A DNA stretch of 64,000 bases from Sphaerodactylus townsendi (lineage: Eukaryota): contig NC_059427.1 in assembly GCF_021028975.2 (NCBI RefSeq), positions 159,650,001-159,714,000 of the forward strand, given 5' to 3'. The notes under the pieces are model-generated. The model worked only from the letters and a program-made list of their open reading frames with translations. It ran no database searches and had not been told where the DNA came from. Positions 1 to 12,011 of this stretch are shown here, in pieces (the first letter of the stretch is position 1; every line of letters starts with the position of its first letter). A program made the translations under genes and the position numbers.

Positions 1-46
1 GGGGAGGAAAACATAAAGTCTCCATATATTTGTCTCAAGACAAATA

Positions 47-591
47 CCTTATATACTCATGTATAAGTCTACTTTTTCAGCACATTTTTGTGCTGAAAAA
101 GCCCCCCCTCGACTTATACGCGAGTGAGAGTCCCACTTAATTCTTGTGTGGTGATCCCCCTCTCCCGTCTTTGCTTTCTCCTGCCTTCTCTGCCTCCCCC
201 CTTTCAGCCGCTTTCTCTGCCTCCTCTGCTTCACTCTCCTCTGCCTTCTTCTCTGCCTCCCCCTTTCAGCTGCTTTCTCTGTCTTCTTCTCGGCGGTGGC
301 CGGCCCCTGGCTCTCGGCAGGTGACAGCCTATCGACCTGGGTGAGCTGGACAAGCTGCGGGATGGAGGGGTCAGTGGCAGAGACCTTGGGATTGGTGAGA
401 TGGGGGGGTCAGTGGCAGAGACCCCCCAAATAGCGCCCGACCATATCTATTTTTATTTTTGAAATTTACCAGTAGCTGCTGGATTTCCCACCCTAGACTT
501 ATGCTTGAGTCAATACGTTTTCCCAGTTTTTTGTGGTAAAACTAGGTGCCTTGACCTATATTCGGGTCGACGTATACACGAGTATATACAA
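47..591 (-). mobile_element. Non-autonomous Tc1/mariner (Tc2/pogo-like) element, short copy
   Basis: TIR-like ends cc(t)tatatactc(a)tgtataag ... cgtatacacgagtatatac after TA; reverse-complement homologue of 12880-14063. Confidence 0.75.
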
Positions 592-1499
592 TGGTTATCT
601 GGTGTTGTGCTACACCATGTTAAATGTTTTCTGAAGGTTTGAAAAAAGTTGCTGTCAAGCTTCCACTTTGTTAACCTTTGTCTGTCAATTAACCAGTTAA
701 TAGCAAGGTCTTCTATAAATCTATAAACCTTTAATAGCAAGGTCTGCTATAAATCTATAAACCATCATCAAGTCTGGCTATGAAACATCACTATTTGTTT
801 TGAATATGAATCTCCCAGTGTGTGCTTTCACAACATTTTTAATTTTTGTAATTCTATCTGAAATGTGAATATGAAAGCTCTAGTTTTAAATGTGATTTAA
901 AACAGGTTATCTTCTTTCTATCTTGATTTAATCATGTTTACTCATATACAAACAGCAGGTAGATATGGCTTTAAAAGATTTCTGGGTAAATTAGTACCCC
1001 CCTGAATATATGCTCCCCAACCCATGCGTTCACATTTCTGCCTTATACCCTTGTCACAAAACTAGATAGAAAGGATTTCAGATAAGCTGTATGATACAGA
1101 AATGCGTGGAATTGAAAATCTGAGCACCTTGTCTAGGGGGAAAAATGAGATTGCCTGGTAATTGTTTTATTGTTTGGAGTGCAGAGATGGTCCAGTTTTT
1201 AAACACTGTAGGTCCATGTGCCCTTCTTTGTTAAGAAAGCATTGATAATCTGCCATATAGGCAAGGGTGAAATAAGCCAGTGATAGAATCTCACATGTCC
1301 AAGTATCCTGTCCATAACATCAGTTTGCACTAACTGAAAGGATATCAGCATGACAAGTTGAAATCATTGTGAATGGTTCCAGTCTCACTATCCATCTCCA
1401 ACTCTCTCACATTTGTTAAATTGTTAAGTTAGGGAACATTAACTTAAATATAATCATTTGAGAATTAAAAAAAAAATTCTTTAAAATCCTGATTCTTAC

Positions 1500-1615
1500 C
1501 TGGGTGGGGTTTCAATTAATTCGTTTTTTTCTAAATTAACGAAGAATGGACTGTCTGGTTTATCATGATCCTGTTTTTGCTCCAAGAGCTGAAATTCCTG
1601 ATTGGACACAGCAGC
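1500..1615 (-). CDS. SYCE2: Coding exon (116 nt, phase 0 to 2) of a probable SYCE2 orthologue: AAVSNQEFQLLEQKQDHDKPDSPFFVNLEKNELIETPP
   Basis: Acceptor tcttctcccttgtccttaaag, donor AG|gtaaga, open frame. NQEFQLLEQKQDH resembles the recalled human SYCE2 DQEPQPLGESKEH. SYCE2 lies on the opposite strand upstream of CALR in human. Downstream exons not found in the window. Confidence 0.5.
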
Positions 1616-1751
1616 CTTTAAGGACAAGGGAGAAGACCTTCAGAGCACAGCAAAAAAAAACCCCTGTCCTTTTCCTCCTTTTATTACATAGCTTTTTTGA
1701 ACTACTAACAATACAGTAAAAGTGATTCCTATATTATAATCCTATCTTATA

Positions 1752-2257
1752 CAGTGGAACCTCGGTTTTCATTGCCTTCGGTTTTCATCGGTTTCGGTTT
1801 TCATCAATTTTTCCAGTGAAAAATTTGTCTCGGTTTTCATCGATTTGCCTTGGATTTCATCGATTTGCAGTAAGGTGCAGGGGTCTGTGGAGAAAAATCA
1901 CTCGGACAAAGCTGTTGCAGGTCGTGTCTGCAATTTGTTCAATGACCATGTCTTGCCCCATTTCACACAAATCTTAAAGAGGCGTCAGAAACAGACCTCT
2001 TTGGACAGCTTTCTCATGCGACATTGGTCCACTGGCTGTGAAGCTGGTCCTAGTGTTATTGTTTGTTACTGTTTTCAGCATTAAACACTATGTTTATTCA
2101 CCAAAAAATGTGTTTTTGGTATGTTTTTTGGAGAGCCTAGAACAGATTAATTGGATTTACATTGATTCCTATTGAAAAGTTTGCCTCGGTTTTCATTGGT
2201 TTCAGTTTTCATCGATTCTTTTCGGACGGATTACCAACGAAAACTGAGGTTCCACTG
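1752..2257 (+). mobile_element. Tigger/pogo-derived MITE
   Basis: TIR cagtggaacctcggtttt ... aaactgaggttccactg, TA/CA flanks; internal remnant ILKRRQKQTSLDSFL resembles a Tigger transposase C-terminus; second copy at 63463-63947. Confidence 0.8.
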
Positions 2258-2589
2258 CAATTTAAACTGATTAGAACCTGGCCCTCAAAGTTCTGATTAA
2301 AATTCTGGAACTCCAGCGGGCATGCTAATCTCAGATGAGTATAAAGCTCTGGAGAAGGTTACAGCATCGAAGTAATTCCCTTTTAGATCAGTCAAACTTA
2401 TTTCCATATAATTTTGATGTGGTTAGAAATGGATATAATGGAAGTATCACTCTTACTTCAAGCATCTTATATGCAATCCAGAAGGAATTATTATGTTTTT
2501 TATGTATTGTATTTTATGCATTTTATTTATATGGTAAGCTGCCTTGAGCTCCATAGGAAAGGCAGTTAATAAGTTTTTAAAATAAATAA

Positions 2590-2933
2590 AGAAGAAGAAG
2601 AAGAAGAAGAAGAAAAGGAAGAAGAAGAGGAAGAAGAGGAGGAGGAGGAGTTTGGACTTATATCCCCCCTTTCTCTCCTGCAGGAGACTCAAAGGGGCTT
2701 ACAATCTCCTTGCCTTTTCCCCCTCACAACAAACACCCTGTGAGGTGGGTGGGGCTGAGAGAGCTCTGAGAAGCTGTGACTAGCCCAAGGTCACCCAGCT
2801 GGCGTGTGTGGGAGTGCACAGGCTAATCTGAATTCCCCAGATAAGCCTCCACAGCTCAGGTGGCAGAGCTGGGAATCAAACCCGGTTCCTCCAGATTAGA
2901 TACACGAGCTCTTAACCTCCTACGCCACTGCTG
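2590..2933 (-). mobile_element. Squam3-type tRNA/CORE SINE
   Basis: Reverse complement of a tRNA-like head (A/B boxes), CORE gctgggtgaccttgggctagtcac and (CTT)n tail. Confidence 0.85.
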
Positions 2934-3309
2934 AATGAATGAATGAGTGAATGAAATGAATGAACGAAAGAGCGTTTTTAACAAGCTGAAAGTTTGCTTA
3001 TATCATATTTTAAAATGGAAATGACCCACATAAATATTTTGATACCATGACATGAAGTAAAATGTGGGCTAGACAATGCAACTGTAATGTGAATTTGTAA
3101 TGTACGATACTGACTTTGTAATGTACAATATTATGACTTGTTATTTTGTTGACTTTATTGCCCATTTCTATAAATTTTTCTTGTATATTGTGATGCTTAT
3201 TGATGTTTGCTAGTATTGATATTGCTGATGTTGATATTGTTACTTATATTATTGTTGTGCGCTGCCCTGAGCCCTTCGGGGGAGGGCGTGATATAAATTG
3301 AATAAACTA

Positions 3310-4845
3310 ATTGGTTGAGTGACCGAATGCAAAGGGTGCTGCTCATCGTGGAGAGAAGTGACTAGTGGGGTGTAACAGGGTTTGGTCCTGGGCCCAGTGC
3401 TATTCAATATTTTTGTCAATTATTTGAATGATGGAATAGAGAGCAGGGTAATCAGATGTGAAGATGACACCAAGTTAGGAGGGGAGTTAATGCCCCAGAG
3501 GACAGGGTCAGAATTCAAAATGACCTGGACAGATTAGAGAGCTGGGCCAAAACAAACAAAATGAATTTCAGCAACGATAAATGTGAGATACTACACTTAG
3601 GCAGAAAAAAATGAAATGCGCAGATATAGGATGGGGGACACTTGGCTTGACAACAGTACATATAACAGGGATCTGGGAGTCTTAGTAGACCACAAACTGG
3701 ATGAGTCATCAGTGTGATGCAGCAGCCAAGGAAGTCAATGTGATTTCGGGCTGCGTCAATAGGAGTATAGTGTCTAGATGAAGGGACATTATAGTTAGAG
3801 GCAGAGCTTACAAGGGTGTGTGCGTTACACCAAACGTGCTCCGAGGGGAGGGGGGCAGCAAAAATTTCAGTTTTTTTGTATTTTTTAAAGTGTTTTTCAG
3901 TTTTTGGCGTGCAGGGTGCGCAGTTTTTAGGCTAGCTGCAGCACCAAAATTTCAGGGAGTTTTCGGGGGACTCTCCTGATGATACCACCCAAGTTAGGTT
4001 AGGTTTGGTTCAGGGGCTCCAAAGTTATGGACTCCCAAAGGGGGTGCCCCATCCTCCATTGTTTCCAATGGGAGCTAATAGGAGATGGGGGCTACACCTT
4101 TGAGAGTCCATAACTTTGGACTCCTTGAACCAAACTTCACCAAACCTGGCTGGTATCATCAGGAGAGTCTCTTAAAGATACCCTGAAATTTTGATGCTGC
4201 TAGCCTAAAAATTGTGCCCCCTGCAGGCTGAAAACTGAAACAATACTAAAAATACAAAAAACAAATGAGCACGGGGGAGCAAAACTCAGATTTTGCACGG
4301 GGCTCCATTTTCCCTAGCTATGCCTCTGATTATAGTACCACTCTATTCTGCATTGATCAGACCTCACCTGGAATACTGTGTCCAGTTCTGGGCACCACAA
4401 CTCAAGAAGGATATTGACACGCTGGAATGGGTCGACCAAAGTGATAAAAAGTCTGGATTCCATGCCCTATGAGGAGCAGTTTAGGGAGCTAGATATGTTT
4501 AGTCTGGAGAAGGGAAGGTTAAAGAGTGACATGATAGTCATGTTTAAATATTTGAAGGGATGCCATGTCGAAGAGGGAGCAAGCTTGTTTTCTGCTGCTC
4601 CGGAGACCATGAAAAGGAGTAATGGATTCAAGATGTCGGAAAAGAGATACAACCTAAACATCAGGAAAAACTTCTGGATGGTAAGAGCAACAGTGGAATT
4701 CGTTGCCTCAGAAGGTGGTGGAGTCTCCTTCTTTGGAGGTTTTTAAACAGAGGCTGGATGGCTGTCTGTCAGGAGTGCTTTGAGTTTTTGCATGGCAGAG
4801 GATTGGACTGGATGGCCTTTGTAGTCTCTTCCAACTCTATGATTA
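3310..4845 (+). mobile_element. CR1 LINE 3' fragment (RT C-terminus and tail), interrupted by a hAT element
   Basis: Translated remnants such as [32 protein letters not shown]; CR1-type tail ttccaactctatgatt. Confidence 0.85.
3796..4328. mobile_element. Foldback hAT-type MITE inserted in CR1
   Basis: 8-bp TSD attatagt on both sides; ends tagaggcagagct / agctatgcctctg; long internal inverted repeat. Confidence 0.75.
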
Positions 4846-4848
4846 TAT

Positions 4849-4925
4849 ATATATAATTTGAATAAATTATATATAATTTGAATAAATTATATATAATTTG
4901 AATAAATTATATATAATTTGAATAA
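4849..4925. repeat. 20-bp AT-rich tandem repeat, about 4 units
   Basis: atataatttgaataaattat repeated. Confidence 0.9.
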
Positions 4926-5104
4926 AATAATTATAATCGTAATTACTGAATATTTGTATTGAAAAAGTATCAGTTATACATAGGATATGAACATACAACT
5001 AATGTTGATAATCATGGGCATTCAAAACAAATATTTAGAAGGAATATAAATATGTAAATGTAAATATCTCAATCATATAACTATTAAAACTGTTTATGTC
5101 ATAC

Positions 5105-5204
5105 CATTCCAAACAGCAGTGATTAATCCACTTATTTAGCTTGTGAATTATGAAGAATGTTAGGATCCCAGTACAATTCCACTTCCTTGGTCTGTTTATG
5201 AATT
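5105..5204 (-). CDS. SYCE2: 5'UTR exon ending exactly in the start codon (ATG at 5107-5105) of the SYCE2-like gene
   Basis: Acceptor ttttatgtctttcag, donor ggaATG|gtatga; in-frame TAA 6 codons upstream; splicing to 1615 gives GGAATG|G, a strong Kozak context, and MAAVSNQE... Confidence 0.45.
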
Positions 5205-5894
5205 CTGAAAGACATAAAATTTTAATTTACTGGTAGTTCCACATAAAATATGCATTTAGTAGTAAATCCCACCCCATTATAAGTGCACGTTTATATGGTA
5301 GCTTGTAACTAAGGACTGCACTCGGGGGGTTGTTTTTGTTACAATCTGCAAACTACTTCTAAAACTTCAAAATAACTTGCAGAGGAATACAGGCATCTAC
5401 TAAGAAGATAATCCCACTCTGCATTGGGATACAACATTTGTAAATAAATTTGTAAATTAATAAGTGTGTATGCCCTTCCTCCACTACCTTTGCTAGTCAG
5501 ATCAGTAACACAATGGGAAAGATTTGTTGGGGTTAGATTTTGAACCACTCCAGGTGGAGAGAATTTATTGGGCAATTTTTCTCTGGTTGGAGGGGGGCAA
5601 ATTTCAGCTAAATTGAGATTTATCCTGGTGCATTGCAGGCCTTGCATTTGTGTAATTCCAGAAAGAAGAAGGGGGAAAAAATAAAATAATTGACAATGGA
5701 CCAGTGGACTGGCACGGTGGTTGGTTCTTCTGAGTTTTGTTCTTCTAGGACCTGAGAAAACCAAGCTGAAACATCCAAGATGAGAGCTAGATGTGGGGTG
5801 GGGGTTTGAACTGGTTTCAAGTGTCTGGCATCTGGGCTTCTGTCAAGTCACTTAAAGTATTGAATTACTTTGGATGAAAAGAGGGGAATTAGAC

Positions 5895-6167
5895 ACGCCG
5901 GGCCTTTGGAGGGACCAGCCGCTGAAACGGTGCCCCCCAGTTGGCCTTTCCACCTAGGCCACCATCTAATATGACTCGCCACTCTCCTTCCCCCCCCCCC
6001 CTTTCTCTTGGGGAGAATTTTAAAGTAGGGTTGGTCGGACGCCCTATTGTTATTATTATTACTGTTTGTACCGCTGTTTTAAAGGTTTTAGTAACTTATT
6101 TTATCTACGCTTTGTTGTACACCGCCCAGAGCCCCTTGGGGATGGGGCGGTATAAAAGCCGAAAAAA

Positions 6168-6202
<35 letters not shown>

Positions 6203-6205
6203 ATG
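5895..6205 (+). mobile_element. L2 LINE 3' tail
   Basis: gccgggcctttgg ... ccgcccagagcccc ... gggcggtataaa followed by (TAAA)n; shared with other L2 ends in the window. Confidence 0.7.
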
Positions 6206-6242
6206 TTTGGAATACATTTGGAAGCATATGAGGAATTAATGA

Positions 6243-6565
6243 AGAGCAGCAGTGGCGTAGGAGGTTAAGAGCTCGTGTATCTAATCTGGAGGAACCGGGT
6301 TTGATTCCCAGCTCTGCCGCCTGAGCTGTGGAGGCTTATCTGGGGGATCCAGATTAGCCTGTATACTCCCACACATGCCAGCTGGGTGACCTTGGGCTAG
6401 TCACAGCTTTTTGGAGCTCTCTCAGCCTCACCCACCTCACAGGGTGTTTGTTGTGAGGGGAGAAGGGAAAGGAGATTGTAAGCCCCTTTGAGTCTCCTGC
6501 AGGAGAGAAAGGGGGGGATATAAATCCAAACTACTTCTACTACTACTACTACTTCTTCTTCTTCT
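6243..6565 (+). mobile_element. Squam3-type SINE
   Basis: Full head gagcagcagtggcgtaggaggttaagagc, CORE segment, (CTA/CTT)n tail. Confidence 0.85.
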
Positions 6566-7769
6566 AATATTTCAAATATGAGAGTCTATGGCCATCATTT
6601 TTCATTCCATCTCCTTTTCTCTGGAAAAGTTTGGACTAATTTTATAATTAATAGGAGTGCTGCCTAAATAGAGGTGGGTGGATGAGTATGGTGCACCCCC
6701 CCCCCCCTTCTGTGAAGTAATAAAATGCCTCAGATAATCTAAAGTACAGTTTATCCCTGAGAAAGAACTCTCCAGGTGAATACAATGCTATGTAGCTTTA
6801 ACAGTTTCCCCCCCCAGAGAGGAACATGGGTCTACTCTGAGGAGGGACCTCCAAAGGAGCTTTCCGCGTGCCTCCACAGCCCTCTTCCTCCTCACAAGAG
6901 CCAAAAAGGTCAAATTCTGCCCTCAGGAGACGCCCCTCACGAGAACCGCCTCAGGAAGGCCAGTCTGGCCCGTCCTCCTCCAATCAGAGAGGTGGGGGAG
7001 GGGGAGTGGATCCCACGGGAGAGGAGGGGGCAGAGGGATCTCTTCCAGGCTGGAGGCGAGGCCTTGGGTTTGTGTGGGCACCGTGGCCGCCTTTCTGCTT
7101 TCTGTACACACCGAGTAGGCCTTTGGTTGGCCTCCAGCCTGTGGGTGGGGAACACCGGCAGAAGCCAACCTCCTGATGGGCCCTGGAGATCTCCCGGAAT
7201 CACAGTGACATACTCTCTCTCCCTCTCCAGGCAACGGAGACTGATACCGTGGGGGAATTGGCTGCTTTGGAAGGTGGGCTGTGGCATTATACCCTGCCAA
7301 GTCCCTCCCCTGAATCTCCAGGAATCTCCCTGTCGAGTTGGCAACTGCACCCCCAGCTGCAGAACAGCTTGGGGAACTTAGTGCAATGAAGGGTGACTCC
7401 AGGTGCTGTAGAGCTGCCAACCTCCAGGCGTGGCCTGGAGTTCTCCTCCAAACGACAACTGATGTCAAGACTACATAAGTCACCCGTTTTATTTATTTAT
7501 TTATTTAAAACGTGTATTCCACTTCTGGAGAAAATGGCTGCTTCCGAAGGCATGGCAGTCTACCAAGATTACTCGCCTCCCTCTCCCAGGCTCCACACTC
7601 CAATCTCGTAGGGGATGCTCTCAAGCCCAGAAAATGGCTACTTTGAAGGTGGGCTCTATGACCTCATGGCCCGCTGAAGACCCTTCCCTGAGCTCAGTCA
7701 ACCCCCAAATCTCCAGGAATTTCCCTGGCCAGAATTGGCAACCCTAACTAGAGAAGAACCAAATTCAGT

Positions 7770-8600
7770 ATAAGTCTAACGGCCATAGCAAAAAGGCTAG
7801 TCTGCAAGTGCTGGAAATGCAACTCCAGCCCATCGGCCCCGCTCCTCCGGCGGCGACCCTGTGGTCAAAGTCCCGGCGGGAACCCTTTCCGTGACGTCAG
7901 GCGCGTGGACTCCAGGACGCCCCGCCCCTCCCGGGCTTCCCCCGCACGTGGCCCGTCTCGGTCGCTGCCGGCCGGCCGGAGAGAAGCCCAGGTCCGGAGC
8001 CGGCTTGCAAAGAGGCCGCCGCAGATGCGCCGTTGGGGCGAGGAGGCTCCCTGCGCGGCGCCCCGGTGAGAACGGGGCGCGCAGGCTGGGCTGGGCTGGG
8101 CTGGGCTGGGCTGGGGGTCGCCTCGGGGGCAGCAAGGGCGTCTCTCGTGGGCGTTGGGGGCGCATCTTGAGCAGGGCGCAGCCTGGGGAGGGAACGACGG
8201 GGGAGGGACTCCGCAGGGGTCGAGGGGGTCCTGGGTCGTCGCCCTCCAGAGAAGGGATCTCTGCGCTCCGGAGCTCGGCTGGAGTTCTTAGGGCCCCGCC
8301 GGGAGGCTGGCAACCCACGGTCGAGGCTGCGTCACCATCCAGGGCAGAGGCCGGTCGAAGGAGCGGCCTGACCCCGGCCGGTTATTTTCAGCGGGCTAAG
8401 TCGCCAGGCGGTAACCGGATTGCGCAAAGCCCCTTTGCTGCGCTGCAAACGCCTGCTGGGCTCGCCGCGGGGATGGGAAAGGTTCGTGCTCCGAAGAATC
8501 GGGGCCCTCGTCGGGACGGACCAGAACGCGCAGCAAGGAATGGGCTTGGGCAGTGCGGGGTCTGCTCTGGCAAATCGGAGGGGGGGTCTTCTCCCCGCGC
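7770..8600. promoter_or_regulatory. CpG-island promoter, probably bidirectional (SYCE2-like on -, SMIM44-like on +)
   Basis: CpG-rich; CRE TGACGTCA 7892-7899; GC box about 7920-7928; E-box CACGTG 7945-7950; MYB-type TAACGG 7777-7782 and CCGTTG 8030-8035; + strand donor ccg|gtgaga at 8066. Confidence 0.7.
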
Positions 8601-8704
8601 CCCCCACCCAGAAAACAGCAAAGAGCCCCGTGGCTCGTTTCCAAGGTGCCCCAGGAGGGAACAGGCCCTCCAACCCACCTCCTTCTCCCCCTTCAGGTGC
8701 TTCA

Positions 8705-9003
8705 GGAGAGCCAGCGTGGTGTAGTGGTTAAGAGCAGGTGGATTCTAATCCGGAGAACTGGGTTTGATTCCCCATTCCTCCATCTGATTGGCAGAGGCTT
8801 ATCTGGTGAACCTCATGTGTTTCCACACTCTTACATTCCAGCTGGGCGACCTTTGGCTGGTCACAGTTCTCTCTGAACTCTCCCAGCCCCACCTGCCTCA
8901 CAAGGTGTCTGTTGTGGGGAGAGGAAGGGAAAGGAGTTTATAAGCCACCTTGAGTCTCCTTACAGGGGAGAAAGGTGGGGTATAAATCCAAACTCTTCTT
9001 CTG
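8705..9003 (+). mobile_element. Squam3-type SINE
   Basis: ggagagccagcgtggtgtagtggttaagagc head, CORE segment, tail. Confidence 0.85.
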
Positions 9004-9518
9004 CTTCTCTTGTTCTTGTTGAGCAGTTGCACGTTGGGTCCGGGAACTGGGTGGGACCTAATCAAGGTTCTGGCAAATCTACCTTTTCTCCCAGTCTGCT
9101 TTTAAAAGCTGGTTCCGCTTTGGTGGGATGAAGAATCCTGAAGACCGGACAGAGGCCCCTTAGGTGGAAGCCAAAGGGAGCTTCCATCTTTCATGCCCCT
9201 GTTCATTGAAAGTATTATTACCTGCACCAGGAAATGTAGCGCTTTGATAAAACAGTGTTTATATTGCTCCAGACGCCAGTTAGTGAAACCTGCCTTTTTG
9301 TAAAGTTGTGCCTGCCGTTCTCTGTGAAAATGGTGGGCACAACTTTACCAAAATTCAGGTCTTGCTAATAGGCGTCCTGAAGAATATAAATGCTATTTCA
9401 TCAAACTATGTTTCCCAGTGCAGAGAATAGTGGATTCGACAGCAGCAGCACGTAAAGATTTTAAAATGATGCCAGTCTCGGGTGACAAAGTTTGCCAAGG
9501 CCTGGGGACTGTGTAAAT

Positions 9519-9755
9519 CAGACCTGGGCATTATACGGCCCGCGGGCCACATCCGGCCTGCCGGATGACCCTGACTGGCCCCCCTGCCGTGCTGGGGAGC
9601 GAGGCACCTTTGAAAGCCCTGCAGAAGCCGGTTGCCTTGGCTGCCGGCTTCTGCGGGGCTTTCAAAAGCGCCTCGTCCCGGCCTTTTGGCCCGGCCCTCC
9701 ACAATATTTTCTGTTTCTTATGCGGCCCCATGGAAAAAATAATTGCCCACCCCTG
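9519..9755. mobile_element. hAT (Buster/Charlie-type) MITE
   Basis: Perfect 8-bp TSD gtgtaaat; ends cagacctgggca / tgcccacccctg; internal hairpin. Confidence 0.8.
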
Positions 9756-10210
9756 GTGTAAATGCAGCACCCCCTCTTCCAACATCCCCTGCTCCGTTTG
9801 CTCACGTGAGCGGAGTTGGCGGAAGGGGTCACCAGGCAAGCCAGCATTCAAGCAAGTAGTTGCTTCAGTCGGGAAAACTCTTTGTCACTTGAATGTTTAC
9901 CTGCTGTGCTGCTGTTGGCAAAACCTCTGTCAGGAAACACTTGGAAATTGTAGGGACGGAGGACTGCGGTAATCTCCTGGCTTTCGCTCCCTCCGTGTTC
10001 TGCGTCCAGAGATGTTGGACCCCCTTTTCTCAGCAATGGTTTGCCAAGCAGGAATCAGTAGGAAGATGTTTCGTGGCAACGATCCCACCTCAAGGGACTA
10101 GAACTCATATCTCCAGCTGTTTTTAGCAAAAAGTTGCAGAGATTGAGGTAGAAAGTATTTGGTGAACCAGATGTGTTTCTGCACTCCTGCATAGTGACCT
10201 TGGGCTAGCT

Positions 10211-10393
10211 CAGTGGCTCTCAACCTTCCTAATGCCGCGACCCATTAATACAGTTCCTCACGTTGTGGTGACCCCCAACCCTAACATTTATTCATTTTAC
10301 AGATGGAGAACACTGATGCAGAGTCTTAGGCGACCCCTGTGAAAGGGTCGTTCGACCCCCAAAGGGGTCGCGACCCACAGGTTGAGAACCACT
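10211..10393 (-). mobile_element. SPIN (Space Invader) hAT MITE nested in a Squam3 SINE
   Basis: Reverse complement reads agtggttctcaacctgtgggtcgcgacccctttgggggtcgaacgaccctttcacaggggtcgcctaagac ... gggtcaccacaacgtgaggaactgtattaatgggtcgcggcattaggaaggttgagagccactg, matching recalled SPIN ends. Confidence 0.85.
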
Positions 10394-10963
10394 AGCTAGT
10401 CACAACTCTCTCAGCCCCACCTACCTCACAAGGTGTCTGTTGTGGGGAGAGGAAGGGAAAGGAGCTTGTAAGCCACCTTGAGTCTCCTTACAGGAGAGAA
10501 AGGTGGGGTATAAATCCAAACTCTTTTCTTCTTCTTCATTGGAAATACCTCAGGTGGTAGAATGCAGGGGCTGCTCAGAAAGCTCACGGCTGATTCTTTC
10601 ATTAACTTGATTTATACCCTGCTTGAGTATCCAAAGCGGCTTACATCATTCTCCTCTCCTCCATTTCACGTTCACAACAACCCTGTGAGGTGGAGAGTAT
10701 GTGACTGGCTTAAGATCACTCAGTGAGCTTTGGTGGCACAATCAGGGACTCGAACCTGGCTTTCCCAGATCACTGTTTGGCCCTACCCTGGCTGATTAAG
10801 CTACTGCAGGGGTCTGCAACCTGTGGCTGTCCAATTGGCCATACTGGCAGAGGCTGATGGGAATTGTAATCCATGAACATCTGGAGAGCCACAGGTTGCA
10901 GACCCTGGGCTACAGGAAATGAGTTTTGGTTTCCCAGTTTGCTCTACCGCCACCCCAACATAA

Positions 10964-11296
<333 letters not shown>

Positions 11297-11475
11297 TGAG
11301 GTGGTGTGCGAGGCGGAGATCGCAGGCCCTTGCGGATCTGGTTTGGGTACCGTTGGACTGGGGACACAGGTTGGTTGGGGCGGCGCACAAAAGGTCATGG
11401 GGTGGGGTGAACCTGGCCAGGCTAATAGGAATTCTGGACATTTCAGGCAGGAGCTCTGTTGAACAAGATGCCCTG

Positions 11476-11780
11476 GGCAGCAGTGGCGTAGGAGGTTAAG
11501 AGCTCGTGTATCTAATCTGGAGGAACCGGGTTTGATTCCCCGCTCTGCCGTTTGAACTGCTGGAGACTTTGCTCCTGGGACCTGGGATAGCCTGTACACT
11601 CCCACACACGCCAGCTGGGTGACTTTGGGCTCGTCACAGCTTCTCGGAGCTCTCTCAGCCCCACCCACCTCACAGGGTGTTTGTTGTGAGGGGGGAAGGG
11701 CAAGGAGATTGTTAGCCCCTTTGAGTCTCCTACAGGAGAGAAAGCGGGGATATAAATCCAAACTCTTCTTCTTCTTCTTC
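11476..11780 (+). mobile_element. Squam3-type SINE in the SMIM44-like intron
   Basis: Full head, CORE segment, (CTT)n tail. Confidence 0.85.
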
Positions 11781-11796
11781 CTTGTGTTGTTTCAAG

Positions 11797-12011
11797 ACAT
11801 TTCCTTGAATACACAGCTGACCTTTGGGAACACAGTGAAGACCAGTGGTGTACTGGGCCTAAATAGCGCTCGGGGGCATGACTGCCTCTCTGTTCTCCCC
11901 CCGCCCAGCTCCCTTTCCCCCCACCCGCTCATCTCCCTGTACCCCCCTTACAGGAGCCAGTGGGGACAGGCAGGACTCGGGGATACGCCCCATGTCCCAT
12001 TCTTCAGTTGA
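11797..12011 (+). CDS. Candidate terminal exon of the SMIM44-like gene (would give 148 aa in total)
   Basis: Acceptor ttgtgttgtttcaag; phase-1 join makes GAC, restoring the conserved D of DLAHDLAD; open to TGA at 12011. An alternative acceptor at 11953 is also plausible. Confidence 0.35.

Noticed and set aside
510-740. ORF LIDRQRLTKWKLDSNFFQTFRKHL as SYCE2 exon 3
   Set aside because: Only faint resemblance, no convincing splice sites in phase, and it runs into a MITE
7797-8724. Long overlapping ORFs (up to 287 aa) in the CpG island
   Set aside because: Open in many frames on both strands, low-complexity G/P/R/A composition; a GC-content artefact
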